DNA of 64,000 bases from the NCBI GenBank assembly GCA_000708835.1, contig DF237052.1, positions 1-64,000 of the forward strand, written 5' to 3'. The notes under the pieces were generated by a model. It was not told where the DNA came from, did not search any database, and saw only the letters and a program-made list of their open reading frames with translations. This DNA comes from Klebsormidium nitens. Taxonomy: Eukaryota > Plantae > Klebsormidiophyceae. Below are positions 39,101 to 51,000 of this stretch, piece by piece. Position 1 is the first letter of the stretch, and each line of letters opens with the position of its first letter. A program made the position numbers and the translations under genes.

Positions 39101-40920
39101 CATGTGCCACTGGCACTTTGTGGTGGACCTTGGGTTTGGCGCGTCGCTCTGAAACCTCCTACATGTTGCGTCTTCGTATTTGAACTTGCCGTTTTAAGAA
39201 GGGGCCACCCGTATCAAGATTCTGAGGAGTTGTGGGTTTTGGACAACAGTTTTCGCCTTCACTCATCCGGGCTGCTAAGTTTCGTAGGACCCGGCCATAC
39301 TTGATTCAGGGTGTCTTAATGGTAATGTTGCCGCTCCGGCAAAACTCAAAAGATTTGCGAACGTCAAATCTCGTCCGAAAATTTTAGCGCACCCGCCGGC
39401 GTGAGTTGGAACAAGAGTACGAGTTTGCCGGTTGTCATCCGCAGAGCAGCCCGTGACAGGCTTGTTTTCTGCGACTGATGCCATGACACAAGCGTGATGA
39501 CACAAACGTACTGCTACTCCTTGTAAAACACATTCGGATTCACTTATACGCGTTCACTGGCAATGATTATTATACGTTTGCTAACGCAGTTGCCACTTGT
39601 AACCGAGGACATACGAAGCCAGCACGTTGACATGCGTACTTTAATTGGGAGCCTCTGCGCTCGCCTTGTACTTCGATAGAAGCCTGCAGTTGCAAATCTT
39701 TCAAAAAGCTTCTAAAGAGGCGTACGGCCTAGTAGATCCAGATCTAGGCGTACGATCTCACGACGGCTCTGTCTCTTTTCCTTTTCAAGAATAGCTGCGC
39801 TCGCACGTTCTTCTCAATCAAGCTTTTGACCATCGTCCGAGTATCACAATGGCGATGAGGACGAATTGCCTGGCCCTTGTGGTCACTTCCAGTTCAACGG
39901 TGGTCTGATGTCATGATCATTACTTGCGTGAATGTGAACTGCTAAATAGAACCGTCTCTCAACCTAGGTAATTACGTCAGCCGCTATCTCCAGTCAAGTC
40001 GATTTGTCTTGGCCGTGTGGACAAAGCCTCTTATTTGGCCCTTGTGGTCATATAGCTCATTCTCTGCTCGCCGATGCCGCTTAGTATGAATAGTGACAAC
40101 GTCTTAATGCTGCTTTGTGTTGGCTAGCGGTCTTGCTGCTCACACCTAGTTGCTTTCCTGGGCTGGTTGCGATATTGGTCAGGGCGTTGCCGGAATTTAC
40201 CGGCTGCTGACGTCAGCGCCTGTACGTCTGCCAGCGGCGATTTAACTTGCTGCTGATGCCCCAAGGTCGGAGTCTGGCTAACATCGGGTAAAGTCATTCG
40301 GCAAGGATTAATGAAAGACTGGCCGTGTTTAGCTGACCGGCCAAGCAGTAACCGTAGCGTCAGATGCGCGCCGCGACAAGACTTTACGCCAACTTGAAGC
40401 TCGAGTCCTTTCTTGCAGATAGTGCAAATTTCTGATGAGGTTGGTGAACCTTTATGGTGACATGCTTTGACTTCAACGAGGGGTCCGGCAAACCGCTAGA
40501 CACGCTCATACCATTGTTAGGGTCCACGCCTCTTCAGAACCGAGATTGCACTTTCGGAAAGCGGGCACCAGTATCAAGGATTACGAATGAGGGTTCGAAA
40601 GCTTTAGACCGCGTTAATGCTTTACTCTTCGTTCTTCAGCCGCGCTGCCGAGCGCAGGAGAACGTCTTAAGTACGTCCTATCGTCTCCACCCTCTTGTTG
40701 TCATTCCTGCAAACTTCATTCTCGCCCACGGTCCACTCGCCTGCATGACCAGGATTGTTGACACAGCGCCGACGTTCTGGCACAAAGGTGAGAAGACATT
40801 TGTTCTCCGCAGGTCACTATATGACGGATTCTTTTGCTTCCTTCTTCCGCTTCTTTGCTGCTGATGTCAGCATTTGTTCCGCTACACTTTCCGGAGACGG
40901 CCGGATCCAAGTCGCCATTA

Positions 40921-40986
40921 CTGGCAATGATGACTTGTGCTGGCGCAGTTTCGCCATCAAACGCTTTCAATGTCGTGTGAAGCCAG
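40921..40986 (+). ncRNA. C/D-box-like unit with compensatory internal hairpin
   Basis: ctggca-ATGATGA...TGGCG cagttt CGCCA...GTGA-agccag; the hairpin is a C-G to G-C swap relative to TGGCC/GGCCA. Confidence 0.5.
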
Positions 40987-41137
40987 GTCGTAGGCATCTG
41001 TGTTTTGAAGAGCTCCTGATCGCGCTCGCTTTACGCTTAGGAGGCAGCGATCTATCGGTGTGATGTCGCTACAGCTCTTTTTGGCTTTTCTCGAGCAGCG
41101 AGACTCCGAGTTTCCACATGCATTTCCACGGCCAGGA

Positions 41138-41183
41138 CCGCTTCCGAGTCCGCTTCCGCTTCCGCTTCCGTTTCCGCTCCCGC
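41138..41183 (+). repeat. Imperfect (TCCGCT)n hexamer microsatellite
   Basis: ccgcttccgagtccgcttccgcttccgcttccgtttccgctcccgc. Confidence 0.8.
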
Positions 41184-43998
41184 ATCAAACTCTTCAAGCT
41201 TTCTAGATCGATCAAGAATGGTATGAAGACGATAATTTGGCCGTTTGGCCACTGTCAGATAGGTCGGACTGGAGCCGTTCCTGCGCCCTAGCTAAATCAG
41301 CTTCGCGCGTACAACTTCGTCGGGACTGTACCAGGCAGTTCGATCCTCCCTTTCGTTTTAAGTTGATCTGGTGCTTGCTTCAAGACGTTTGGGCGGCGTC
41401 ACTAAAATTCGACCAGCAGAAAATCTCCTTTCAACTGGTTCGTCGTGGGCACTATTCAGCCTGCAAAAGGGCTCAATAATGGCCAGGTGGACACTTATTT
41501 GGGCTTTGTGGCCAGGCTCGCCTTTAAGTTTGCTCCTAGCGGCACGTCGTCCGCCTCAGTCTCATGGCACGTGCCGCACAATTGACTAATTCGCTTCTTG
41601 TAGCTGATTACTCCCAGAAGATCTGGTGAATCGACGTGCTTCGCTTTTCGTCCTTTGACTGGTCTGGATTGAGGGCGATGAGGAAGGAGACCCGATCTTC
41701 CGATCATTCAATGTAAGCTTTTCCTGATCTTTCGGAGCCATGCACTTCCACTTTGCCTCCTTTTCATATTCATCTACATTCTTCAAAGAATGAGGAATGT
41801 TAAACCTGGAAACTAGTAGTACGTACTTGGAGTCTGCACTGTCCACCTTCCGGCGGCCTGTTTTTGCCTTGAGGCGGACGGGTAGTAAGCCAACTCTTGG
41901 TGGGCGGTGTGGACCAACTCACTCAGGGGTTCAGATTGCTTTCCCTTGAAACATCCAAAGGCCATGCGGAAAGCTGCCTGGCCCTCGCAGCCAACAATCT
42001 ATATAAAGCACGTGTACGTGTCAAACAACCAATGCCAACCATATGACTGAGTCTGGGTCGCGCCGTGGCCAGACCGTCGATGTTAGTAACATAAGATGGT
42101 TATCACCGCTCAAAACAATCAATCAGGCGTTGCAAGCTTGTAGATCGTGTCTTCTATAGGTCCGTTTGTCGGTCCGCGTTTTCCGCCCAGAGATGCCGCT
42201 CACAGTATACGTAGCGGCTAAGCAATCAAACCACTTCTTTAACCGGTCTCCTGGTCACGGTAAGTTCCCGTCTCGAGGCTTAAAGTCGGCCATTTTAAGG
42301 AAGGCGCCAGACCAACTTGAATTGAGCGTTGGGATTTGGGCGGTCCGTTTTGTAACCTTATTACATCTGGTAAACAACCACGTCAAGTTTTTCGACAGAG
42401 CCGCGCTACGTAAACGAAGCTTGGCAGGCGTCAGGTCGGATAAAGTTCCATGTTCTTCAGATTTTAAGGGTGATGTTAACGTCTCTTCCGGAGCCACGTG
42501 TCAATCATGCAGCTCGTATCGATACTATTTATCCTGGGCATTGATGGCTGATGCTTGGTCCTCGTGGCCAGAGCGGTTTTCGACCTTTTAGTACGGATGT
42601 CTGCTCAAACCTGGAAAAAAGGCTTGTTCTGGATTTCCTGAGACACCGTAGTAGAGCTGTGACCAGCGTCTTTTTGACGTCGCTGCCCTGAATGCAAGCT
42701 CAGAGGGCACCGACGTATCAGTCTGCTTGGGTAGTAAAGCCGTGCCAATACAGCGCACGAGATTGCTCACGCTGACCTCCGGAGTCGTTGGACATTCCAG
42801 CGACGGCTGAAGGGAGTCGAGCATGATCTGCTGGGCTGATTACCAGATTACTTACTGGAGAGCGGCGATGACGAGCACCATAGTCCTGGCCTGCATGGTC
42901 GTGAGGCCATGTCTGATCCTGGTTCGGTACATCCGAGAAGGCCTTAACCACTCCTGTGAGGCTCGACCTGAGTTTGAAGCGTTTGAACTTTGCGTATCGG
43001 TTTATGCGTATCGCGTTTTTCGGGGCGGCGTTTGTGTTTGAATGTTCGTTGAAGTGCGGCAATGGTGACAAAAGCCTGGCTAGTACTAATGCAAAAGCGC
43101 CACGTCTATGAAGTATTACTATCATCGATACCGAGCCCAACTTAGGCAATAACTTCAGCTTTCCGCAGTGCCACTGGGCAGACTTCGCCGATAAGATGGG
43201 ACCCTTCACTTGGCTGAACTTTTACGCCATCTTTTAGAGACTTTCGAAAGACTTCGTAACTCTTTGCCACATTTCTGAGCTGCCCACTTTAATAAACATT
43301 GGGTGATGGGCGATGAAGATCTAGACGTGGCCCTTAAGTTCAGGCCACGTACTGTACCAGAAGACACTCCGCGGATGCAAGGTCTGCTTTTCCCTCTCGA
43401 TTCTAATTCACATCTGCATGCTCTGATTCCATCCGGGTTGCAGGCCGGCCGGGAGGCTAGCTGCTGTCTTGGCTCTGCTCCCAACCGCTTGAGCGTCGCG
43501 CCGAGTAAGATGGTGCCCCTGCAGCCCGCAATGTGGGTCTCTGATGTTCTTTAGCGCACTAGAAGTCGATGCTGATCAATGGGCCCCATCAGGAGATGGT
43601 GCGTCAACAGACCCGTTTTCTCTTTTGAGTAACCAGAGAGCGGCGATGACGACGATGGTCTGGCCTCATTGGCGTGCGGCCATTGGTGTAGGTTCTTCAT
43701 CAGATTGCCGCTTCTCGACGATTCGGAACGGGTTTGATGATCAGATTCCACACAAAACGATTTTTTGCGAGAAACCTGAAGGGGGCATCAATAAGCTTCT
43801 CGTAGAAGCTTGATCGCGTAAGTCGTGTGCGCGAGAAAAAACGGGCGTGAGTGCGCTTGACGTATTACATCAGAGCAACATTTCGAGAATGACTGCTGTT
43901 GGTTAACGCCGGTTTCACTCACGTCACCGCGGGCCGATCTTGTTTAAATATTGTCCTGGTGCTCAAAGGTGGCCCAGGTTAACCTTGACTTAGAAGAG

Positions 43999-44057
43999 CG
44001 GCAATGATGGTGGATAGACCACTGGCTCAAGATACGATCGATCTAGTACTGATGCCG
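43999..44057 (+). ncRNA. C/D-box-like unit
   Basis: cGGCA-ATGATGG...tagta-CTGA-TGCCg; terminal stem cggca/tgccg. Confidence 0.55.
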
Positions 44058-46879
44058 GGCGCAACGCTGTATTAGTACTGTTTTGTTGTCGGCAACTTCC
44101 AGGACGCCGCAAGCGGCCGCGCGCTTCTGCCGCTTCTGTGTCCCTGCTTCTGATCATCACGAACCGTGCCTCTCAGAATCCTGCTCAGATTCTGCCGCTC
44201 GAGTGCGCTGCTCGGCGAGGGCGAGTGTTCAAACCCTCCTTGTGACGTCAGCAACTCGGTGGTTTTGCGAGGAAACTTAGCGGCCTTCTGGGCATGCCGG
44301 TAGCAGTTTTTCTGGGAAGAAGTGGATCGCAAGACGCATCATATGCAGCTTCCAAGCAAGCACTTTGGAAGTTTAAGCGCCGCAGAGCCACGCGGCATTA
44401 AACGAAACTTTCGTGGCCGTCGCTTCCCCGTCAGTGAAGACAGCTGGCGGCCTGACCCTACTTCGTAGACTGTGGTCACAACTCCCATTTCTCAAGTCTA
44501 CTTATGCCGTACGCCTCATTTCTTCCTGCACGTATGTGTTTGGCGGCGCTGCGGGCCGCGGCGCCGCCAGCTTCTGCCGCTTGATTATCTCCCATTTCAG
44601 CGTCCCGGAAAGCTGTGTGGCAACGCCTCCGATCAAGATAGGTGCCACAGAACCTTCTTCCAAGCAGCTCGCTAAGTGATCTCTGATCACGGGCTCTTTG
44701 AATTCCGGGCCGGGTCCATATTTGCGGAGGATTCGACTAAGTTTGCTCACCGGGAATTCGTCCAACTTGTACATAACGCTGGGCCGGGGGCGGCTGCCTT
44801 ATTTGCATAACGGACTAGAGATATAAGTGAGGAGACGCTGAGACGCACTACGACGTTTTGAACCAGCAATCCGTATACTTCGTAGTAGCTTGGCAGCACG
44901 ATAAGCACGAGATCGTCGTGATCTCTTTGACTCGGAGTCTTGAACGCACGTCCCTTTTTCCCGGCTATCACCGGCCCGGAGTTTCGGGGACGCAACTCCG
45001 CAAATGTCGAGCGGTGACGTCATAATGCAGAAAGTCAAAAAAGATGCTACTAGCCGGGCAGTTTTTACGATATGGAACTCCCACCAAGTCCGTCGAGAAG
45101 CTGAGTTGCAGTAAGACACTGCAGTCAAGCTGCTTGCGTCGTTTAACCACTTCAGCCGCCGCTTGAAACTGCAATGTACGTCTGGTCTTAGTGCCGTCAG
45201 CGGTACCAAAAAATCTGATAGGACCTTTGGCTGCACCGAGCGCGTAACCTTGATTGTGGCCCTGATCAAAAAGGTAGTATTGGCTTGACGGTTCCTTTGC
45301 CAGCACGTCTGTCCTTTTCGCAATTGTTGATGAAGCCAATCGATATCAGCCCGCGCCGGAGCTGTGAATGTCTTGTCATACTAGAATCGGGCCTATCGAC
45401 GTTACCAATTCTCAATCTCAGCCTACGACGCCGTCATGCAAACGCACCTTCAGTTCAAAGCTGCAATTATCGAAGCCTGGCCCGGGGTTGCTGGTCCTAT
45501 GAACTTCCTTTTCTTTCCTCTTGAAACTCCCGCCGGTCTGTCGCAAATATATGACGACGTACATCCGTGAAGGGGCGCAGAGTTTCTGGTCCGCATTTTG
45601 GCAATGATGACTATCTGCGTGGTGGGGCGACGGCCCCGGACGTGAGGAACTCTTTCGACTCTTTCAAATGCCACAACCCAAGACTGCCAGTACGACTCAA
45701 TTAAGGCCGGAGGGCTGAACTCTGCCGCTGTGAAGCCCGGATTTTAGAACGATGTTTCCATCTTTCCACCACTCTTCGACCATCAGCCGTACTGCCTTTT
45801 CCGACCGCTGAAAAGTGCTTCGCGGCTTTGATGTACGGCATAAGATTGATTCCCGAACGGTCGGTCTCGCCGACGGCTGATGTATGATGCCGACGTCAGC
45901 CGTGGTGTTTTAGCTCACAGGCCGTAGTGCGCATAGTGCGCAGGATTCGACGTGAAGCTTGGCAGCGGCAATGATGTTGGGCGACTAGGGCATCGATTGC
46001 TGGTCAACGTGGTTAGAGAGAGAGTTTCCCTCAGATGCCGCAATATGTCCTTTTTTGTTCGATCAATTTGAATCAGTACCACTCAGGTAGCGTTGTTGAA
46101 GAACGTTGCGACCCGCCCCTAACTCGGAGGCCGCAGAAGCCGTCACTCCCAGATTGGAAAGTCGATTCATTAGGGGGCTCTTACTGAGTCTTCAGGACCC
46201 ATCCCGGCGATCTGATTGGTCGCGTGACGTAAGCTTAACGCCGTCATCGAGGTTTCAGACTCCACATGTACATTGCAGCTGGGTTAGTGTTAAGGACCGA
46301 GGCAGACCGTGATGTGGTGTCAAGGCTCCGCGCCGAGCCGCAGTCTGAATTGGTTGGCACTTCCTCCGGGTTTTCGGTGGCGATAACGCGATACTCGCAG
46401 GCAGCATTGTGAGTGGTCGCACCGATTCTAATGTTCGTGTCAATATCCCAGCACAGCAGCGTGTTATTGAAAATGAAAAATGACACTATGAGCAGCGTTC
46501 GGTGCACAAATGCAGGCCTGGAGGCCAGTTTGCCGAGCTCGCAGCCGATATTGCAACTAGTGTCAAGCAGTCAAGTTGAGCGTGCAAGTTGAGGTCGTTT
46601 GCACCAGGTTCAACAGTTTGGTGACCGATTGGAAATGTCAGTAGATGCGGGAATGTGCTTGGCCTGCTTTGTTGACACTACAAAGCATCCGGGGGCCCAA
46701 GAGCCCCCGGCACGCCTAGTTTGCAGGATATTGAAGGCAGTTTGACCCTACATATTCGTATCGACGGTCCGCGCTTGAACCTCAGCCAAAACGGTGGAGT
46801 TCGATGCGCCCGGCCCCCGGGCCTATGATTACGAAATCCGGCTAAACCATATACTAACTGTAGCAAACCGGATAGGTTT

Positions 46880-47076
46880 CGATTTCATGTTGACTAAGGG
46901 CATGTTGACATTTTATCGGGAAAGCACCCGGGGGACGGGTAGGGTTGGTATGGGCCCTGGGGGTTAGGGTGGGTATGGTGCGGAGCGGGTGTCACCTATC
47001 GGTTTAGGTTTTCAGGTTTGTTCGTACCCCCGAGCACTATCCTTATGTCAACATGCGCTTAGTCGACATGAAATCG
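46880..47076. repeat. 32-bp inverted repeat (30/32) enclosing a G-rich spacer; possible non-autonomous transposon remnant
   Basis: cgatttcatgttgactaagggcatgttgacat (46880-46911) versus atgtcaacatgcgcttagtcgacatgaaatcg (47045-47076). Confidence 0.8.
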
Positions 47077-48013
47077 AGAAGTATGCAAAACCGGACCGCC
47101 GCACGCACCGACAATAAATATTGGACACGGGGCGCGCGGTGGCTTGCCCAAATCTCCAACCAGAATGTCAGAAAATTTCATCGTGCCCGTACGGTCGACC
47201 GACTTCTACGGATAAGCCTCTACGGTCAATGTACGGTAGACTCAAATTTCGGTTGAAGTTGACTCGCGTACCTAAAGGCTATATTGCATCGCGACTCCAA
47301 GTATGTAAGATGAACATTGAGAGTACAAGAGCTCATCAGATTGTTTGTTCTCTAGCCGAAGCCCACCATCTTGGCGGGGATGCCCCTAACACAGTATGTT
47401 GCAGGGATCGCTGTCACCAGCAATAACTTCTTTGCTCTCTTGATTAGGGAAAGTCTCAGCTGAAGTTCTCACGCCCTCGACATTTCTTTTTCTCTGCAAC
47501 TAGTGGTGGCTTATTGTACCCAGTGCTTCTCACATTCTTTGCTGGCCACAAGCGCTGGTGGGCACTTTGGTTTTGCTTTGTATTGAATCCTTTTCCGAGT
47601 GAACCTTTGAAAAACACTCATGTTAAAGGTCATCTAAACAAAGGGCACTCAACAGGCTCTGACTGAGTAGTGCTGCCCAAAACGACAGATCCAAAGCTTG
47701 CATTCTTTGCTGGAGCCCTGCCTGGAAGTAACTTTGGTCTTTTAAGACAGTCATTCGAGCGCCCCTTTTTGCTGCTTCAGCTGAGCTTTTGTCCACCAGG
47801 CAATGCTCTTCCTTCAGACAGCAGTTGGGTCTTGTGGTTCTACCTCGCAGAACAAACTCTCCCTGCCTTGGTTTCTTGCTTAACTGTATAACTCCAATCC
47901 AGCTTATTTGCACTCACTTGAATTTACAAGAGCCTCTTCTGTCATTGATAGATCCTACGCACTTGTTCAGGGGCACACATCAAAGGGAGATTTACCCCCC
48001 CTTGGGAGACGGT

Positions 48014-51000
48014 ATGAAAGGTGTGGCGCTGCTAATAGCCCTAGGGGCACTTGTGGCGCTGACTCAGCATTGCGCTGTTGCCACAACGTCATGGACCCCC
48101 CCCGGCATGGGAGTCAATTATGGCGGCTCCCTTCTATCCACAAAAACGATGACGCCAAATGCAGCGGTCAAGCTCATGACAGAAAAGCAGATTGGGATGG
48201 TCAAGGTGAGGGGAAAGAAGGATACAATTGCAAGGGAGAGTAGGTGGAGCATGCGGCTTCATTGCGGCACTGACTCTCCTTCTGCAATTGATGTGATGTA
48301 AAAGGTTTGACATAGCCTTGTGGGGGATCCCTCGAACGCCGGCTCTTCAAGAGAGTCTGAAAAAGCATTGCACGGCAGCAAATTTGATTGCGGAGACTCC
48401 AAGAGAGCGTCAAGCGAAGCATCTGTGCACCTCCCAGCACTGACTACTTTTGTGGGGAGGCCAAACATCAAGTCGCTTCCGCAGATGCAATTTGAGGTAG
48501 AGAATCTCCCTGAGACTTAGTGCACTTGTAGTGACTGACTGTCTCACTCTGACTTTGCAGATGTTTGACGCTGACTCCACCATCCTGAAAGCGTTGTTTG
48601 GGTCAGAAATCGAGGTCGCTGTAGCTGTTCCCAACGACGTAAGTGCCCTTTATTTCTGCTCTCCATGTCGTTGCAGCAGGTTCTCAAGGCATGACTCAGG
48701 CACAACTTGAGACCTCCGCTTTCCCCTTGACACGAAGGAGCCAAGTTTTGCTTGAGTGATCAGAGATCGACGACCTGTTTGACTGCAGGCAGCGAAAGAC
48801 TAAAGGGTCTCGTCATGTGTTTGTATAAGAGGTCTTCGCAGAAGTGCGGTGTGAGAGTGTGGAGCAAAGTGCTGTCCCTATGCATTGCAGAGCGAAAATC
48901 AAACAGTCCCTGACTTGGCCATCGATCCGTTGTCTCGGGTTAGAAACGAGAAGTCCAATAGTGGAGCTCCTCACCTGCCATTATTTCTTATACAGCATTA
49001 CGCATTTTTATCGTCGTAGTTGCTCTCCACGNNNNNNNNNNNNNNNNNNNNNNNNNNNNNNNNNNNNNNNNNNNNNNNNNNNNNNNNNNNNNNNNNNNNN
49101 NNNNNNNNNNNNNNNNNNNNNNNNNNNNNNNNNNNNNNNNNNNNNNNNNNNNNNNNNNNNNNNNNNNNNNNNNNNNNNNNNNNNNNNNNNNNNNNNNNNN
49201 NNNNNNNNNNNNNNNNNNNNNNNNNNNNNNNNNNNNNNNNNNNNNNNNNNNNNNNNNNNNNNNNNNNNNNNNNNNNNNNNNNNNNNNNNNNNNNNNNNNN
49301 NNNNNNNNNNNNNNNNNNNNNNNNNNNNNNNNNNNNNNNNNNNNNNNNNNNNNNNNNNNNNNNNNNNNNNNNNNNNNNNNNNNNNNNNNNNNNNNNNNNN
49401 NNNNNNNNNNNNNNNNNNNNNNNNNNNNNNNNNNNNNNNNNNNNNNNNNNNNNNNNNNNNNNNNNNNNNNNNNNNNNNNNNNNNNNNNNNNNNNNNNNNN
49501 NNNNNNNNNNNNNNNNNNNNNNNNNNNNNNNNNNNNNNNNNNNNNNNNNNNNNNNNNNNNNNNNNNNNNNNNNNNNNNNNNNNNNNNNNNNNNNNNNNNN
49601 NNNNNNNNNNNNNNNNNNNNNNNNNNNNNNNNNNNNNNNNNNNNNNNNNNNNNNNNNNNNNNNNNNNNNNNNNNNNNNNNNNNNNNNNNNNNNNNNNNNN
49701 NNNNNNNNNNNNNNNNNNNNNNNNNNNNNNNNNNNNNNNNNNNNNNNNNNNNNNNNNNNNNNNNNNNNNNNNNNNNNNNNNNNNNNNNNNNNNNNNNNAG
49801 AAGACAGCGGACGACTGGGTGACCAACAACGTGAAGCGCTACTTGTTCCCTGGCGGAGTAAAGATCCGATGGATATGTGTGGGCAACGAAGTGTTTGGCA
49901 CGTGGCAGATGGTGAGTGCACCAATTTCATTCCGCTGGGTATAAGGCTGCACTTATGGTCCTACTTGACAGCTCGCTTGTGGGCGCAGTAATAGCCTCTG
50001 CTTGCTTGATTGCGATGAGTCTGTCTTTGGAGAAACAACGTAAAATCGGAGGATTTGCTTCTGAACTCCCAATGCTTCTGCTTCATGTCCCTCTTCTCAA
50101 AAGCAAACAGTCACATCGTCCAGGCATCTCCATACGCCCAAGTTTCCTCGGAATAGGTTGCGAATCCTCCTCTCCCTCCACTTTTGCCTGCTTTGCAGGA
50201 TGCGTACAAGCCGTGGCTGTATCCAGCGATGCTGAAGGTCCTCATCGCGCTCCAAGCTCAGAAGATTGACAACGTGGTCAAGATTACCACACCGGTACGT
50301 GGGCCTCAAAGTCTCTAGCGCTAGCTTGAACCTGCTCCTTTTTCGGATGCTACAGGCGCTCCAGATGGTTCTTTCCCAGAAGTTGCTTATGTTGTGTTTA
50401 GAACGGGAGGACAAGTGATGCAAAGCTTGGAAAGGCTGAGCGATTGCCAAGCCCCGTGCATATTCAGATGGGTGCTGTGACCTGGGCGGCTAAGACCTGC
50501 GTCTCTTTTCTTGAACGGCCTTTCCACAGTTTGAAAGAGCTTCCTGCCTATTTCAAGGACAATACGAGAGACTCAACGGCTCACACTTGCCCTCCCCTGT
50601 AGCTTCTTTGACACTTGTTATGCAGAGGAGAAAAAGCACGTCGACGCCTCTGCTTTTCAGGTCAATACTGGAGACTTGGGCGGCTCAGACCCCCCCTCTT
50701 CCGGTTTCTTCAAGCCCGAGCTAGTGACCCTGTACCGCCAGATCCTGAGCTTGCTGAAGGCCACGGGGTCCCGCTTCATGGTCAACGTGTATCCCTTCCT
50801 GGTAGCTGAGCAGAACGTGAGCCCCTTTTGCCTTCTCTTTAGTCGGAGTATATATACCAGCAAGTGCTTCTAGAAACCTTTCTTTCCTATTTTTGTTGAG
50901 TGGACGAAGCAACCAAGAGCGACGCGCTGCATTCTGCTTTTGTTCTCTGGCATCAGTCACTGCACCATCTGGTGATAGGCCCTGCCGTTTTTCGCTCAAC

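Larger units (their letters stand above)
25321..46041 (+). ncRNA. Array 1 of dispersed box C/D-like small-RNA elements (~23 units, all + strand)
   Basis: Units start at about 25321, 25635, 27591, 27786, 28058, 28363, 29053, 29544, 31648, 32228, 32541, 32682, 33424, 33673, 35171, 37726, 38932, 39851, 40923, 42864, 43640, 44000, 45600, 45967. They share GGCRATGA...TGGCC/GGYCA...NNGATGCC. RNA expression is inferred, not shown. Confidence 0.55.

Noticed and set aside
46780-46830. tRNA or tRNA-derived SINE (GTTCGATGC B-box-like)
   Set aside because: No A box at a suitable distance and no cloverleaf.
46935-47020. Interstitial telomere array
   Set aside because: Only isolated TTAGGG/TTTAGG-like words, no tandem run.
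48844-49991. Four long ORFs spanning the second gap
   Set aside because: Artefacts of Ns; only the KTADDWV...VGNEVFGTWQM part is a real GH17 exon.
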